64,000 bases of DNA, taken from assembly GCA_964106645.2 (NCBI GenBank), contig OZ067048.1. The stretch is one strand, 5' to 3'. Shown piece after piece: positions 39,380-52,498 of this stretch; position 1 is the first letter of the stretch, and every line of letters begins with the position of its first letter. Both the position numbers and the translations under genes were made by a program. Under the pieces are notes generated by a model. The model saw only the letters and a list, made by a program, of their open reading frames with translations. It was not told the DNA's origin and did not search any database. This DNA comes from Podarcis pityusensis (taxonomy: Eukaryota).

Positions 39380-40330
39380 GCATTTGCTGTGGCGGAAGGG
39401 GGTCGCGATTACTACTCGGGTTGACACGCGTCCTCGAATACAGACGAAGCGAGCCCCGCTAGCGCGCAAGGCAGCTTCTCCTCCCAGGATTCCTCGCGCG
39501 CTGCTCGCGGAGGGGCTGCTGGCCGCTGGCCGGCCACGCGCAGGCGCAGAGGCGCCCCTTCCGCCGTCGCTCCTCCTCCCTCCCCACAGCCCCGGAGCGG
39601 GGAGCGCGGTGGCTCCGCCCACCAGGGGGCGGGCTCGAGGCGCGGTTGGCCGCAAGAGCTGGAACCTTCCAGCGGCGTTTCGCCCCCGCCTCCTGTGACG
39701 CGGCGCGAGGCCCCGCCCCTTCCGCACCGGCACAGCAGCCCGAGTTCGCCGGCCGCCGCGCGCATTCTGGGCGGAGTGGGCTGCGCGTGCGTGACTCGGC
39801 CCGCTCTCTCCTCGCCGCCGAAGGTCTTCCGAGCGCCGCGCCCGCCCGCCCGCCCGCTGCTGCCGCCGCCTCGGGGCCGGACCGGCCTCCTCCGTGGCGG
39901 CGCGGGGCTTCTCTCGGCTGGCCATGAAGAGCCTGCCGTACTTCTGCCGCGGGGAGGTGGTGCGCGGCTTCGGCCGGGGCTCCAAGGAGCTGGGCATCCC
40001 CACAGGTGAGCGCGGCGGCCGCTCGGGGCCTTTCCCGGAGGGAGACGGGAGAGAGCCGGGCCGGGCCTCCCTCCCTCCCTCCCTCCCTCCGTCCCGGTGG
40101 CGGGCTTCGGTTTCGTTCCGCCCACCAAACGCTGCTTCTGCCGCGGCTTCAGAGACTTCTGAATGCCCCGGGTCCCGCATGCCGAGTGTCCCGGACTTGA
40201 AGCCAAACGGGGAAATATCCGCGACCTGTTTAACCGGGATGTTGTAAGGAGAGAGAATCTGATACCGAAACCGGCTTCTTGTGCAGGAATGCGGGACCGT
40301 GTTCCCGACGGCGGCATAACGAAGAAGAGG
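39380..40330 (+). promoter_or_regulatory. RFK: CpG island, RFK promoter with GC boxes and a CTCF-like motif
   Basis: CpG-dense region spanning RFK exon 1. ccgccc/gggcgg boxes. CCACCAGGGGGCGG at 39619-39632. Confidence 0.85.
39924..40005 (+). CDS. RFK: Riboflavin kinase exon 1 (MKSLPYFCRGEVVRGFGRGSKELGIPT)
   Basis: gccATG start context, GFGRGS(K)ELGIPTAN signature, donor CAG|GTGAGC, 82 nt, phase 1. Confidence 0.97.
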
Positions 40331-42027
40331 CAGCAGGGAGCCAAGTAGATAAATAAATAGAACAAAATCACCCTCTGCTGGTGGATCAATAGCTTTGGAA
40401 AAATCTGATTTAGAGGGAAAATGGGATATAAATGTAGCTGTTGCTTTCAGTATATACAGTAATTTGATCTAAAACCGAATTTAGCATTAATGTTCAACTG
40501 ATGCAATTGTGGGAAGTTAATATTTATCATCCAAACAGCAGGGACTTTTATATTATGGAGAAATAGTGTTTTGCCAACTGCATTTTGCATGATTTTGGGC
40601 ACCATCCTACCCTCACTTGTAAGCCAGATGAGTGACCTCTGGAAACAGAACAGGTGCTGCTCCACTGGAGATGGAAGCCCCCTTGAGAAGTCAGCTGGGC
40701 CTCCCGCAGCCAGTGGCTTAGCCAGGGTGGGCCGCACTGCCAAAACTATGTCCCTCTCAATTCCCCCCACCTGTGACACAGTGTGTAGATGCTGGCCCAA
40801 CCCTGTCTGCAAAAGCAGCACAGAGCTGGAGTCCGAGCCACTGCATTCCTGTGGGGCACCCTCCTGCTGGAGGGAGGTGGTGGGCAGATGCCAGCCCCTT
40901 GTTGCTTTTGTGGGCGGTGCACTGCAGACCCCACATGGCTTGTGGGGCCAGCATGTGCCAGTTGCGTCCTTCTCGGCCACCCTGTGGTGTCTGGCGCGTT
41001 CTGCAAGCCCAACCCTGGGCTGTGGTGCTTTGGGGGGGGTGATGCACTGGGCTCTGGGGTGCCTGGACCTGTCTGGAACCATGGGCTCTGGCATGCCACC
41101 CCAAGGTAAGTGCCACCTAGGGTGCCCTGCCCCCCTTGCTATGCTACTGCCCACAGCAAGTATTGCTGGCTAGTAGAGTAGGGGGAAATGGGGTGTGCTG
41201 AGAATAGCATGGAAATGCCACATCCTTTGTCCCTTCATTTCCCAGATACGTCTCATGTACGGGCACCAGTCCTATACTTGGCATAGCTAATTCACTCTCA
41301 TTGCAGACAGTAAATGAGAGGATAAATTAAAAGCTGCCTCAACCTCCACCCTGTCCACGGTGAAAAGTCAGGGCGGCAGATGTGGCAGTTGCTATTCCAG
41401 TGCAGCTCTCCCTTCCATCAGTGTAAAAGTAGGATTGGTGTACGTTATTCCTACCCACCTCATTTTATTCTCACAGGTAGGCTGGGCTGAGCACCAGCGA
41501 GTGTCTTGTGGTCACTCACTGAACTCCATGGGACTAAAGTTCTCCTAGTTTAATTTGATGCACTAACCACTCTGCACCAAGTTGACTGTCAGGACTTAAC
41601 CTACAGACTTGAAAATTTTGTGGAGGATTGTGGCCCTTGTCTTAAAATGTTAGCTTGCTTAGTGGTTTTGCAGATGTACAGAGAAAATTTTTGCATCTCT
41701 AAAGAAATAGAAGTACTAGAGGTTTTTGGATTATTGCAGTATAACAGTATAGCCGTTGTGTTATTTTTTTTATAGCAACCAATTACTATACACAATTGTT
41801 TCGCAAACCATGACTTGATAAAGAATTGATTTAAATGCCATCTTTCTTGGTGACCTAAAACACTGGCTAAAACTAGGACAATCAGAGCCCAACCTTGATT
41901 TGGATTCTAATCATGTACCATCTAAATAGGAATACCAAGTTAACTGAACTGACCTGGGGCATCGTCCTTTTCCTATCGTTTATGAAACGTTTTAATGTAA
42001 TTGTTTTGTTTCATTTATATTTTTCAG

Positions 42028-42179
42028 CTAACTTTTCTGAGGAAGTGGTTGATAGCTTCCCATCTGATATATCTACTGGCATATACTATGGCTGGGCTTG
42101 TGTTGGAAATGGAGATGTGCATAAAATGGTTGCGAGCATAGGCTGGAATCCATATTATAAGAATGTTAAAAAATCAGTG
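42028..42179 (+). CDS. RFK: Riboflavin kinase exon 2 (ANFSEEVV...GIYYGWA...SIGWNPYYKNVKKSV)
   Basis: tttttcAG acceptor, GTG|GTAAGA donor, 152 nt, frame continuous with exon 1 (completes the PTAN motif). Confidence 0.97.
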
Positions 42180-42326
42180 GTAAGAACATGATATTTTATC
42201 TAGCTTATGAGAAAACCAATGTACTTTCAGTTGGAACAGTTCCTGAGAATATTCCTTGATAATGTCAGAGCTGATCTGAAAGCATTAAGGTCTGCATGCT
42301 GCTATGCTCACAATTAAGGAGTTTTC

Positions 42327-42363
<37 letters not shown>
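42327..42363 (+). repeat. (AAT)12 microsatellite in RFK intron 2
   Basis: Direct inspection. Confidence 0.9.
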
Positions 42364-42985
42364 GCATGGGGGGAGAGTCCCCTTCTGCTTTATAGGAAAT
42401 ACATTTCCTATTTCTGATCCTTGATGACAGATAAAATACTGATATTTAACACTTTAAACTGAAATTGGGATACATGTATTGGCTGTGACAGAATGCACAG
42501 TGATCAATGGTAGTTACTTTTAAATTCTCCAAGAACCCAGGTGTATGCCTGCACTTACACGTTCTGTTACGTGCTTCATCAGAACTAGTTTGGCTGGAAG
42601 CTGTGTTAGCTCATGAGGAAGTGCTCACTGAACTGAAGGAGATACACAGTTGCTATTTCAAACTGATTTCACATGAAAGGCTAATATATTAGAAGGGTAG
42701 GTAGAAATAAAATGGTACGAGAAAGTTAGTAGCAGTAAACTGTTGTGTGAAAGTGCAACAGGAATATATTCAAAGGACTAGCAACCTTAAAGGGTTTCTG
42801 CCTCTATTGCACTGTATTGTTACATGCGTAGCACCTAGAAAGGGGTTTTTGTTTGTTTTGAAAGTGTAAACTGCAGTATAGTGTGAAAACTGTACTCTGC
42901 CTTCTATAGTATGTAGTATCTGGCCATTAGGATTGCTAAATTCTCAATCAAGCCTATATATTAAATTACGAAACTGTTGTTCTAG

Positions 42986-43088
42986 GAAACACACATCATT
43001 CACACCTTCGCAGGAGACTTCTATGGAGAAATACTTAGCATAATTATTGTTGGATACATAAGACCAGAAAAAAACTTCAGTTCTTTAG
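42986..43088 (+). CDS. RFK: Riboflavin kinase exon 3 (ETHIIHTFAGDFYGEILSIIIVGYIRPEKNFSSL)
   Basis: gttctAG acceptor, TAG|GTAAGT donor, 103 nt. Catalytic Glu in ETH, plus DFYG and YIRPE motifs. Confidence 0.97.
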
Positions 43089-44001
43089 GTAAGTCCTAAG
43101 TACTTTTTGTAACCACTGTCAGTGTAGCTATAGCAGTATTTATTTATTTATTTATTTATTCATTATTTATTTACTTTAATTATTTACTGTACTTATATAC
43201 TAACTTTCTGCTGAGGGACCCAAGGTCTAACTAGTCTAACTAGGGCAGCCCCAATGTTGTCTTTGCCTGCCACCCTTGTTCTCTTTTTCCTTCTCAATAC
43301 ATCCTCTCATGGTAATGACACCTGTAACAAGCTAGATATCCCTTTGTCAAGCTGCCCAGACATTAACTATTATTATTTAGTAGCTTCTTTTTTGAGTGAG
43401 GTGGAAAAACTGTATTTTGGAGTTTCCTATATCAAGATACATGCTCCCCCCTTTTTTCCAGCTAACTAGACATTTCCAGGATGCAGTTGTGTATTGTTTG
43501 TATGTCCTTGTATGTTCTCCCTGTGTACTGCCAGTGCATTTTATAACACAGGGTTATATTAAGGCAACTGTCTTAATAGGAAATGTATTTACTCTCAATA
43601 TGGTGTACATTTCTTGGAGGATAGGTGGGAACAGAATGTAAACTTACATTTACAGTACCAGACTGGTAGATCTCAATTTGGCACAAAACAGAGAAATGTA
43701 ATACCAAATCATGCCTTTCTCTTTTGCAAACTACAGATTGTGCAAACCATACTTTAAAACATTGAGTCAGTTGCAGTTTCCAGTTTGGGGTTTTTTTCTT
43801 TATATTTTGTCTGAATTCAGTCAAACTTAGGAGATGTACTAAGGTTCTTGGATGGTTGTCATCAAGGCAAAGACCAGATCTGTTTGGCTTAGGAAGCTGC
43901 ATTATGTGCCTTGAGACACTGGCTCGTCCAATATGGATGTAATGGCAGCTGGTTTGCTGTGCAAGAGGAACACTGTGACAAGTCTGATGCTTGTCCATGT
44001 A

Positions 44002-44233
44002 CAGTCATACCTCTTATTACATTTGCTTCAGGTTGAATCTTTTCAGGTTGTGTCCTGCGGCGAGCCGGAAGTAACGGAATGGGGTACTTCTGGGTTTCGC
44101 CGCATGCGCAGATGCTCAGAATGACGTCACACGCAGACGCGGCGAATTGCGACGCGCAGACGTGGGTTGCGTTCTGCTCATGATGCGAACGGGGCTCCGG
44201 AACGGATCCCGTTCGCATCCAGAGGTACCACTG
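44002..44233. mobile_element. Related Tc1/mariner MITE (CpG-rich) in RFK intron 3
   Basis: TA|CAGTCATACCTC...GAGGTACCACTG|TA, imperfect TIRs. Confidence 0.75.
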
Positions 44234-44401
44234 TAATGCCAAACTGGTTTGCTTGCTGTGTCTGAACCAATATTGAGTCTGCCCCTTATCTGTGATAAAG
44301 TACCTTTGATACTTCTGAAGAAGGCTTTTAAGAATGTTTTCTGAATCTTTTATTCAGAATTAGTCTGTGAAATGGTATCAACTTCTTTTCATTTTATACA
44401 G

Positions 44402-44535
44402 ATGCACTAATAGCAGCTATTCAAGATGACATTGAAGAAGCTAAGAAAAAACTAGACTTGCCAGAACACCAGAAATTAAAAGAAGACAACTTCTTCCACA
44501 CTACTACTGTTACCAACATAGCTAATGGTCATTGA
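44402..44535 (+). CDS. RFK: Riboflavin kinase exon 4 (DALIAAIQDDIEEAKKKLDLPEH...NGH*)
   Basis: tttatacAG acceptor, TGA at 44533-44535. The four exons sum to 471 nt = 156 aa + stop. Confidence 0.96.
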
Positions 44536-47010
44536 GTGATGCCACTCCTTAATTTTCACTGTATATTGCACCAATTTTAGTGGCTGTCCTTTAGAGAAAA
44601 AAATCTGTAACCAGTATTCCTGTGGTTTAAGAGTTCTGCTTATATTGGTATTGAATTAAAATAGTTAGGCAAAAGTAACTTTTATTAGTCTACATATTAT
44701 CATGGCAAGTTAGGAAAAAGGTTTCACCATACCCCGGGCAATGTGTACACAGTTACTATTACTAGGTCATCCAAGGCTCAGAAACAGTTGCTTAATGTTG
44801 ACTGGTAATTTGTAAATGTTTCTAATGATGGTTAGCTAATCTTTAAATGAGCATCCTTTTCTGGTTTTAAAGGTCAGAGCAATCATGCCAGACGCTCTTG
44901 TACTGAGAGAAATACAATGGTAAAGTAGACTTCTCTTTTGGATACTTGGTTTTTATTTGGTACATAATTAAAAATGGGTGGCATCCAGAGGAAAACTAGT
45001 CACATTTCAGGATTTATGTTGTGCCATTGATTTTAATGAGACTTCAAAACAGCATTTTTATATACTTATAATAGAGTTTGTCTACTGTACTTAATTCTCA
45101 AATAGGGTGCAAAGACCCTGGTTTCCAGAGAAGCATTTGAAACCAGATAAATCAGAAACTTTTAAATAGCAAATATTCTTTTCTTTATTGTAGAATGATT
45201 AAAGACACATTTCAGTCTTTGTCTCACCATATCTATGCACAACGTAACTTTTACAAAATGGATTCTAAAATAAATGGAGATTTCAGTGATGAATTTAGCT
45301 TACTTAGAAGATTTATGGGGCTTGCGTTGCTGCTATATAAATTTAGCAGTTGCCTCTTGGTGAAATGTCTGTGCATAAGCACTCATTAGCTACATTGCCT
45401 GGTTGTGGATTAAATATGGTATAGCTTTGATTTATGACTTGCCTACAACGTTAGTGATATACATAGGGTGGAAAGCAAGGGGGATTGGCCCTAAGCAACT
45501 TTCAGCTTTTGCAGAAACCTAATTGAGATCAGAATTGTGTCTAATTCTGATTCTATGTTAAACCTTCTTTTAGAAGTACACATAGTATACTTCTAATTTT
45601 TTGAAGCCTTTTATGTTAAACATGACCAAAGTCCTACAATGAAATGTTAGACTGCTTAGAAAAAATGGGTTGGAATATAAACTTTTGGGCATTTGTGCAG
45701 TCCCAGAAAGAGCCTAATTTAAGAATAATGTGCTATAATTGTAGGGAGCTATATACACAGCAGTTTTCACATGGTTAAATGTGTAAACATGTTTGTGGGC
45801 AGTGAAATTGCAGTGGGAAGTCCTGCTATGAATCTGTGTTGAAGACCTACAAATGAGTATGCAAACTGAACGTGCATTTGAAGATCATACTTTTTCCAGA
45901 GTTCACATGCACACAGGTTGGAAATAAATGCAGGGCTTGTCATTGTGATCTTGTTTGCCTCCTATGTGTTTGTTGTATCTTTTTTGTGGGAAAAGTGCTT
46001 GTATATTTCAGAATTTTCCCATTGTGTTGATTTGCAAAGAAACCTCTAGTCTCCTTTTGTCATTGTTGAAATGTTCCTATATCCATATCTGAATGATGTA
46101 GTTAAGTTTAAATATTCTGGTTTTATTCAACTAACTTTTACACAAAGTACACCCATTGAAATGAATGGCTATAACTAACTTGGGTCCATTAAGTTGCAGT
46201 CCATTTATCCTGAGTAAAAGTTAGTTGAATACTAAGTTAGTTTTTAGTAACATGTCCACTATTCTCCCCCGCCACCGCCCATGCCCAAACAATTAGGCTT
46301 TCCTCATTTTTAATATATTAGATATTTATGATTTGGGTTTCCACTGACTTGCAAGTTCTCTGTGTGCCAGGTAATGTGTATGTTCTAGCATGCAATTAGC
46401 AGGCCTGTAGCAGCATGTTTCTGCTTCTTCCAGCTTCAGGGTTGAGCAGCACAAAATTAGGTGGACTTAGAGCCAGAAAAAGCACTTCTTCCTACTACAA
46501 AGTTCTGTAGTGCCACATGGAAAAGTCCCCTCTCTGGCTCAGGAGAGGGAAAGGAGATGCCATGCCAAGCTGAGCTATTGCTTCTGGAAAATAGGTTTGT
46601 GGAAGCTTAGCCCACAATAATTTAATGTTAGCAGTTGGAAGTAAGCATACTGTCTGACGGAGGTGATAACATAAGCTTAACGGTCTGAGGTCTTGATAAT
46701 GTTGCTACCTATGATTGTTTACCATTTGTGTTGTCTTTAGAAATGAGTGCCTTCTGGAAGGGTTTATGAATCTTGAGCATTTGACTTTGAATGAAGAGAA
46801 TGTAGTCACAGAGTACTTTAATTTTGCGAAAAACTGCACTATAAAGTATGAACAAGAAAAATGTTCATTGTTCAGTCCAGATAAAAATACATGAGTGTAT
46901 GAAATCATTTATTGAATTCTATCTTTTTATATGCCTGTATTTAAGATGATTCATTTTAAATTTACCACTGTAATTTTATTAAGGGTTTTATTTTTCTACT
47001 CATTTCAACA

Positions 47011-47016
47011 AATAAA
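47011..47016 (+). terminator. RFK: Probable RFK polyadenylation signal (3'UTR ~2.5 kb)
   Basis: AATAAA after a U-rich upstream tract, followed by GT-rich sequence. Confidence 0.55.
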
Positions 47017-47141
47017 AGTATGGAAAATGTGTATATGTAACTATTCAGTTTGTCATACTTGATGTACAAAGAATACAGAATAACATGCCTAGTTTGTCCA
47101 CATCTGGCACTTCACATTGGGGTAGCAGTTTGCACTAACTG

Positions 47142-47350
47142 CCGTATTTTTCCATGTATAAGACCATGTTTTTTGCTAAATATTTTTGGTCAAAAATTGG
47201 GGGTTGTCTTATACACAGTTGGTGAATGCACAGGGGTTCAGGCTCTGGTGTGGGCAGTCTTGGCTCAGGCTCTGGTCCGATTTCTTAATTTTGGGTTCAA
47301 AAAAACGGGTTGTCTTATACATGGGGGTGTCTCATACACGGAAAATATGG
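47142..47350. mobile_element. CCGTA-type Tc1/mariner MITE
   Basis: CCGTATTTTTCCATGTAT...ATACACGGAAAATATGG|TA. Confidence 0.7.
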
Positions 47351-47532
47351 TATTGTTTACTGCACAATTTATGGCAATGTTTATTGTGAATATTTTATGC
47401 TATTATGTGTGAATTGTGTACTGCTCCTGATCTGCTTTAATTGAGCAATGAGAGATTATTTGCTTTGGGACTACAGATTCTGTCAAATATTTACAAAACT
47501 GATTAAAAAGTATGCTCCACTTCATCCTTCAC

Positions 47533-48295
47533 TAATAATAATAATAAATAATAAATTTTATTTATATCCCGCCCTCCCCAGCCAAAGCTGGGCTCAGGGC
47601 GACTAACAACAATAAAACAGTACAAAAGTACAGCACAAACAACACTCTAAAATCATTCATTATAAAATTAATTCAAATCAAGCCACTGGCAACCATTGGG
47701 CCAGAGCTCCGCGAAGATTGCTGAGGGAGGGAGTCAGGCTGTGCCCTGGCCAAAGGCCTGGTGGAACAGCTCTGTCTTGCAGGCCCTGCGGAAAGATGTC
47801 AAGTCCTGCAGGGCCCTAGTCTCTTGTGACAGAGTGTTCCACCAGATCGGAGCCACAGCCGAAAAAGCCCTGGCTCTGGTTGAGGCCAGCCTAACCTCTC
47901 TGAGGCCTGGGACCTTCAGGATGTTTTTATTTGCAGACCGTAGGTTCCTCTGTGGGGCATACCAGGAGAGGCGGTCCCGTAGGTACGAGGGTCCTAGGCC
48001 GTATAGGGCTTTAAAGGTTAAAACCAGCACCTTAAACCTGATCCTGTACTCCACTGGGAGCCAGTGCAGCTGGTATAGCACCGGGTGAATGTGATCTCGC
48101 AGCGAAGACCTTATAAGGAGTCTCATTTCAGCATTCTGCACCCGCTGGAGTTTCTGGGTCAGTCTCAAGGGCAGCCCAACGTAGAGCGAGTTACAATAAT
48201 CCAGTCTGGAGGTGACCGTTGCGTGGATCACAGTGGCTAGGTCAGGGCGAGAGAGATAAGGGGCCAACTGCTTAGATTGGCGGAGATGGTAAGTG
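47533..48295 (-). mobile_element. Young 5'-truncated L2 LINE
   Basis: Open frame LRQSKQLAPYLS...TSRLDYCNSLYVGLP...LHWLPVEYRIRFK...F.RACKTELF, with a (TTA)n tail. Confidence 0.9.
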
Positions 48296-50965
48296 GCAAG
48301 ATGGTAAGTGGCAAGAGCAGGGCCCTCAGACACTCACACAGGGGAGTCCTCCTGGGCAGCAGAGCAGTCCTTTTGAGGCTTCAGGCCCCGCCCTGGGCCA
48401 GATGGTAAGTGGCAAGAGCAGGGCCCTCAGGCACTCACACAGGAGAGTCTAACAAGTATTAGCAACAAGGCTGTGGTCCAAATGTTATCTATTTATTTAA
48501 AAACATGTGATATGAACAGAAATATCTATTAGCTAAAACGGCACTAAAGCCTTTCTCCAACTCTTTACTTGTTGCCTTTAATCGTAGAGACTAATAATTG
48601 CCCTTTTAAAAGAAAGAAAAATGCAAAGTCTATGCCTGGGTAAGTATGCAAGAATGTTTACGCTTTCTCTCATAGCTGCATATTGAAGTATAGACCTATC
48701 ACATCTATGCAGAGGCTACTTTTGGGTGCCAAGTGCGTTGGTGGGGAGCCAGGAGCAGTGAGACCATGTAGAGCCAGACCCAACCTCGCAAGGAGGAGCA
48801 TGAAATGCTTCCTTCATGGGAACAGGAATTCTGATGGCCTGGGCCTCTGGTACCATGAAGAAAGCCAACATGCACTGTAGCTAGAAGATGCTGCCAATGC
48901 GCCCATTGTCAAGGGAATGGAGCTGGCCCCATGCAATCCCACCAACTCCTTCATGCATTTCATAACTAATGCTTAATGATTTAAGAAGAGCTTCCATTCT
49001 TACCTAAACTTCAGAGTATTCTGTGAACTCTTCAGGGAAAAATGTGGGCAATAAATTAGGTCATTCCCTCCCCCACCAAGGAGATTCACCAAGTAACACT
49101 GATTGGTCACTACCTTCCCAACATTAAACAAAAATAGGCAGCAGTTTTTATGCTTGCATTATCTACAAAATAAATGTGCAAGTAACACATTAAAGGTATC
49201 AGAGTATCTTGTCCAACTTTCTGGATGACATAAAACATGGACATTTGCAAGCTTTCATAGAAAAATAATTCCAGTGGCAGCTTTCTGGCAGAGCTGTGTG
49301 TGTAATGAGGCAATCCAATATCAAATATTTCAACGCCATTGGATTAATTTACTGTTTACAGCAGTCTGAACTGTTGGAATTCTTTAAAGGTTCAATTTAT
49401 CTTAAAGATACAACTACTAGCTAAAAGTTCAAACTACATATCCTGTCATGAATAAGCGCAGCAACCTATAAAAATGTTGCTAACTAGTCATACACATGTT
49501 TGCAGCGACTTCAATTGGATTACTCAAGAACTTTGTTAATAAAACGACGGTTTTCTCAGTACCCAAAAAGTATGTTGGGAAGAATTGGCATAAGTCTCTT
49601 GTTCTCCAAAGGTTTTCTTTTTGCTAGTATTACATAAGTTGTTTGTATGCTTGGTCCTCATGCCACCTTTTTAAACAATTCCATCTGTCAAATGAAGTAT
49701 ATGCCTGTTTTTACTAATATTTCCTTACTTGCGAAATATGCTGGAACTGCAGTATCTGCTATTGAAAACTGTCATTTAATATTTGAGGCATTCATTTTTT
49801 TAAAAGACTCATTTCATAGGCATATGCAGCATATTTCATTAGGGTAGGCACCTTGGGAATTGAAACACAATTCTGACTATGAAGCCCAATAATGTCAGAG
49901 TGAGCACAAGGCAGAAGATCACAGACTCAGATGCATGCACACACAAAGGTGGGGGGGGATAAAAAGAAGAGGTGGAGACACAGGCATGCCCACAAGCCCA
50001 CCCCACACCTATTCTCTCTCCCCCCCCCCCCAGCCACTACTTGCACTTCATGACTTTGCACACACTGCACACCTGGAGAACAAACTCTCCATTGCTGCTG
50101 CTACTCCTGTCACACACGCAAAACGGAGCCACCCAAGATGGCACTGCTGTACTCTGACCGTGTCTCCAAACATGAGTAAAATGCTGAGGCCACAGCCTCC
50201 TTTTTCTTGCAACATTAAGGTGTGCCTGTACATACCTGGTGCAATTCATAGCCTATAACTCATTTAGAGTTTAAGAAAACTCAAGTGATTTGATAATTGC
50301 ACGGGTTAATTTTACTCTTCCCTAGTACTGGTCATCTTCCTGTATCTGCCATTCAGCATCTTTTACAGCAAGCCAAAAAAAGAAACTTTCCCCAATAGCC
50401 ATTCATAGGAAAGAGTAGGGCTAGTAAGGGCCGCATAGTTTAAAGTCATTATTTTTTAAAATTATCAATTATATTCTGCAGTAAAGTATTTGTTTAAACA
50501 AGCCATTTATTTTTATTGTCTGCTTAGAAATAGTAATGATTACTTAAAGCTATTTACAAGGAGGGTGTTGCAGAAAGGAACCCCAAAAGTAACCTAGCCC
50601 AACCCCCTGCAGTGCAGGAATCTCAACTGAAGCATCCAGGACAGATGGCCACCCGACCTCTGCTTAAAATTCTCTAATGAAGGAAAATCCACCACCTTCC
50701 AAGGGAGTCCATTCCACCGTCAAACAGCTCTTACCATCAGAAAGGTCTTTCTGATATTTAGTTGGAATCTCCTTTCTTGTCATTTGAAGCCATTGGTTCA
50801 AGTCCTTCGCTCCAGAGCAGGAGAAAACAGACTTGCTGCCTCTTCCATGTGACAGCCCTTGAGTTATTGGAAGATGGCTATTTATCTCCTCCTTTAAAGC
50901 AGGCAGGTGTCTGCTTACCTCCTCTCTTCCTATCTTGGGCTGCAGGTTCCTCTTTACATCATTTA

Positions 50966-52498
50966 CCGTATTTTTCGGACCATAGGACGCACTTTTTCCC
51001 CTCCAAAAATGAAGGGGAAATGTGTGTGCGTCCTATGGAGCGAATGCAGACTCCTCAGCTTCAGCGATAGCAATGCGAAGCCTCCGAAGCCTGCGCTCCG
51101 GAGGCTTCGCGTTGCTTCCGCTGAAGCCAGGAGAGTCTGCTCTTTGAGGCTGGCGGTGGGGGAAAGCAGCGCTTCCCCCATCGCCAGCCCCAGAGGATGG
51201 GGGGCAGCGGGAAGGCGCGCGACGCCTTGCCGCTACCCTCCAACCCGGCTTCGAGGCTGGCGGTGGGGAAAGCAGCGCTTCCCCCATCGCCAGCCCCAGA
51301 GGATGGGGGGCAGCGGGAAGGCGCGCGACGCCTTGCCGCTACCCTCCAACCCGGCTTCGAGGCTGGCGGTGGGGAAAGCAGCGCTTCCCCCATCGCCAGC
51401 CCCAGAGGATGGGGGGCAGCGGGAAGGCGCGCGACGCCTTGCCGCTACCCTCCAACCCGGCTTCGAGGCTGGCGGTGGGGAAAGCAGCGCTTCCCCCATC
51501 GCCAGCCCCAGAGGATGGGGGGCAGCGGGAAGGCGCGCGACGCCTTGCCGCTACCCTCCAACCCGGCTTCGAGGCTGGCGGTGGGGAAAGCAGCGCTTCC
51601 CCCATCGCCAGCCCCAGAGGATGGGGGGCAGCGGGAAGGCGCGCGACGCCTTGCCGCTACCCTCCAACCCGGCTTCGAGGCTGGCGGTGGGGAAAGCAGC
51701 GCTTCCCCCATCGCCAGCCCCAGAGGATGGGGGGCAGCGGGAAGGCGCGCGACGCCCTCCCGCTACTCTCCAACCCTCCTGCGGGCTTTTGCGGGAGATG
51801 GGGGAATTCCCCCACCTCCCGCAAAAGCAGGCAAAAGCCGCGCGCTCTTTAAAGGGGCTCCGCGGCTTTTCTAGGAGGTGGGGGAATTCCCCCACCTCCT
51901 AGAAAAGCCCGCAGGAGCCACGCACCCTTTAAAGAGCGAGCGGCTCTTGGGGGCTTTTCCCCAAGGAGGGAGAAGGGACTGACTGGCCGAGTCAGTCCCT
52001 TCTCCCTCCTGCGGGCTTTTGGGGGAGATGGGGGAATTCCCCCACCTCCCGCAAAAGCCCGCAAAAGCCTCGTGCTCTTTAAAGGGGCTCCGCGGCTTCT
52101 GCTGGCTTTTCTAGGAGGTGGGGGAATTCCCCCACCTCCTAGAAAAGCCTGCAGGAGCCGCGCACCCTTTAAAGAGCGCGCCGCTCTTGGGGGCTTTTCC
52201 CCGAGGAGGGAGAAGGGACTGACTGGCCGTTTCAGTCCCTTCTCTCTCGTGGTCGAAAAGCCCGCAGGAGTCGCGCGGGGCTCCTGTGGGCTTTTGCGGG
52301 CTTTTGCGGGAGGTTGGGGAATTCCGCCACCTCCCGCAAAAGCAGGGAGAAGGTCTTGGAGTAGCGGACAGGCTGCGTGCAGCCTGTCCGCTGCTCCCAA
52401 AGCTGCGGGGGGGAAATAATATTTTTTTCCTTGATTTCCCCCCCTGAAAACTAGGTGCGTCCTATGGGCCGGTGCGTCCTATAGTCCGAAAAATACGG
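50966..52498. mobile_element. CCGTA-type Tc1/mariner non-autonomous element (1533 bp) inserted in a CR1
   Basis: 27-bp TIR CCGTATTTTTCGGAC(C/T)ATAGGACGCAC with 1 mismatch, TA TSD. CR1 ORF2 peptide continues across the insertion. Confidence 0.9.
51146..51776. repeat. 106-bp GC-rich minisatellite, ~6 near-identical copies
   Basis: Unit gaggctggcggtggggaaagcagcgcttcccccatcgccagcc...aacccggcttc. The 106-bp period is also visible in the ORF track. Confidence 0.95.

Noticed and set aside
39314-40389. 288- and 325-aa antisense ORFs over the RFK promoter
   Set aside because: Typical CpG-island low-complexity R/G/P/A ORFs.
40447-41173. 200- and 235-aa ORFs in RFK intron 1
   Set aside because: They overlap a GC-rich MITE-like repeat (~40730-41150) and have no motifs or exon context.
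51146-51776. CRISPR-like regular repeats
   Set aside because: Units are identical head-to-tail with no unique spacers, there are no cas genes, and the context is eukaryotic.
50907-52419. Long ORFs up to 331 aa
   Set aside because: They arise from the stop-poor GC-rich tandem repeat inside a transposon and have no protein homology.
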